This document shows positions 63,813 to 64,000 of a stretch of 64,000 bases of DNA, in pieces. Every line of letters begins with the position of its first letter. Positions within the stretch are counted from its first letter, which is position 1. The translations under genes were made by a program, and so were the position numbers. The DNA lies in IMG/VR virus record IMGVR_UViG_3300032254_000001, positions 192,001-256,000 of that record, one strand, 5' to 3'. The notes under the pieces are model-generated. The model did not search any database. It saw only the letters and a program-made list of their open reading frames with translations, and was not told the DNA's origin. Source of the stretch: a virus. Taxonomy: Duplodnaviria; Caudoviricetes.

Positions 63813-64000
63813 TTATGATACTACTATCGGATCATCAGGAAATGCACTCACTAATTTCCATACTGTGCCAGTAAACACATATATCTGCGAATCGTCTTTA
63901 TTGTAAATCATTGCACCGGCTGCTGGCGGACCTGTCACTGAAGAATTCCAGCCGACTTCGGAAGTCTGCTTAATTCCGTTCTTTAAACGATCCCAAACTT
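63813..64000 (-). CDS. Hypothetical protein (5' end outside window)
   Basis: Open frame VWDRLKNGIKQ...GAMIYNKDDSQIYVFTGTVWK...*. Confidence 0.55.
   Translation of the reverse strand, partial: VWDRLKNGIKQTSEVGWNSSVTGPPAAGAMIYNKDDSQIYVFTGTVWKLVSAFPDDPIVVS

Noticed and set aside
1-64000. tRNA, rRNA or tmRNA genes
   Set aside because: No cloverleaf with a T-loop GTTCRA and acceptor stem was found in any intergenic gap by eye; tRNAscan/ARAGORN would confirm.

Overview
This window is a 64-kb segment of a large T4-like contractile-tailed (myo)phage genome, probably a jumbo phage. Most genes are on the minus strand. Replication/recombination genes: gp41-like helicase, gp61-like primase, gp32 SSB, UvsX, UvsY, UvsW, a gp62-like clamp-loader subunit, a DexA-like exonuclease and a 188-aa miniature DnaE-type polymerase core. 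Morphogenesis genes: terminase large subunit, probable small terminase, gp4 head-completion nuclease, tail sheath, tail tube, neck gp13/gp14, gp15, and a 50.8-61.1 kb tail-fibre/structural cluster with a 1954-aa repeat-rich fibre. There are six free-standing homing endonuclease genes or remnants. Putative modification/auxiliary enzymes are scattered through the window: 2 radical SAM, 3 SGNH-like, a GT10-like protein, 2 DUF115/Maf-like, a SAM methyltransferase, a Nudix hydrolase, an IscA/ErpA-type protein and a cytidylyltransferase remnant. Two promoter classes are visible: sigma70-type (TTGACC/TAGACA-N17-TATAAT) and T4-late-type ((T)ATAAATA). Many of both sit 5-6 nt before an ATG, implying leaderless mRNAs. 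Six IHF-consensus boxes cluster upstream of three near-identical strong early promoters, suggesting a proteobacterial host. I saw no tRNA, rRNA, CRISPR array, integrase or reverse transcriptase. All family assignments come from motifs read by eye; no database searches were run.
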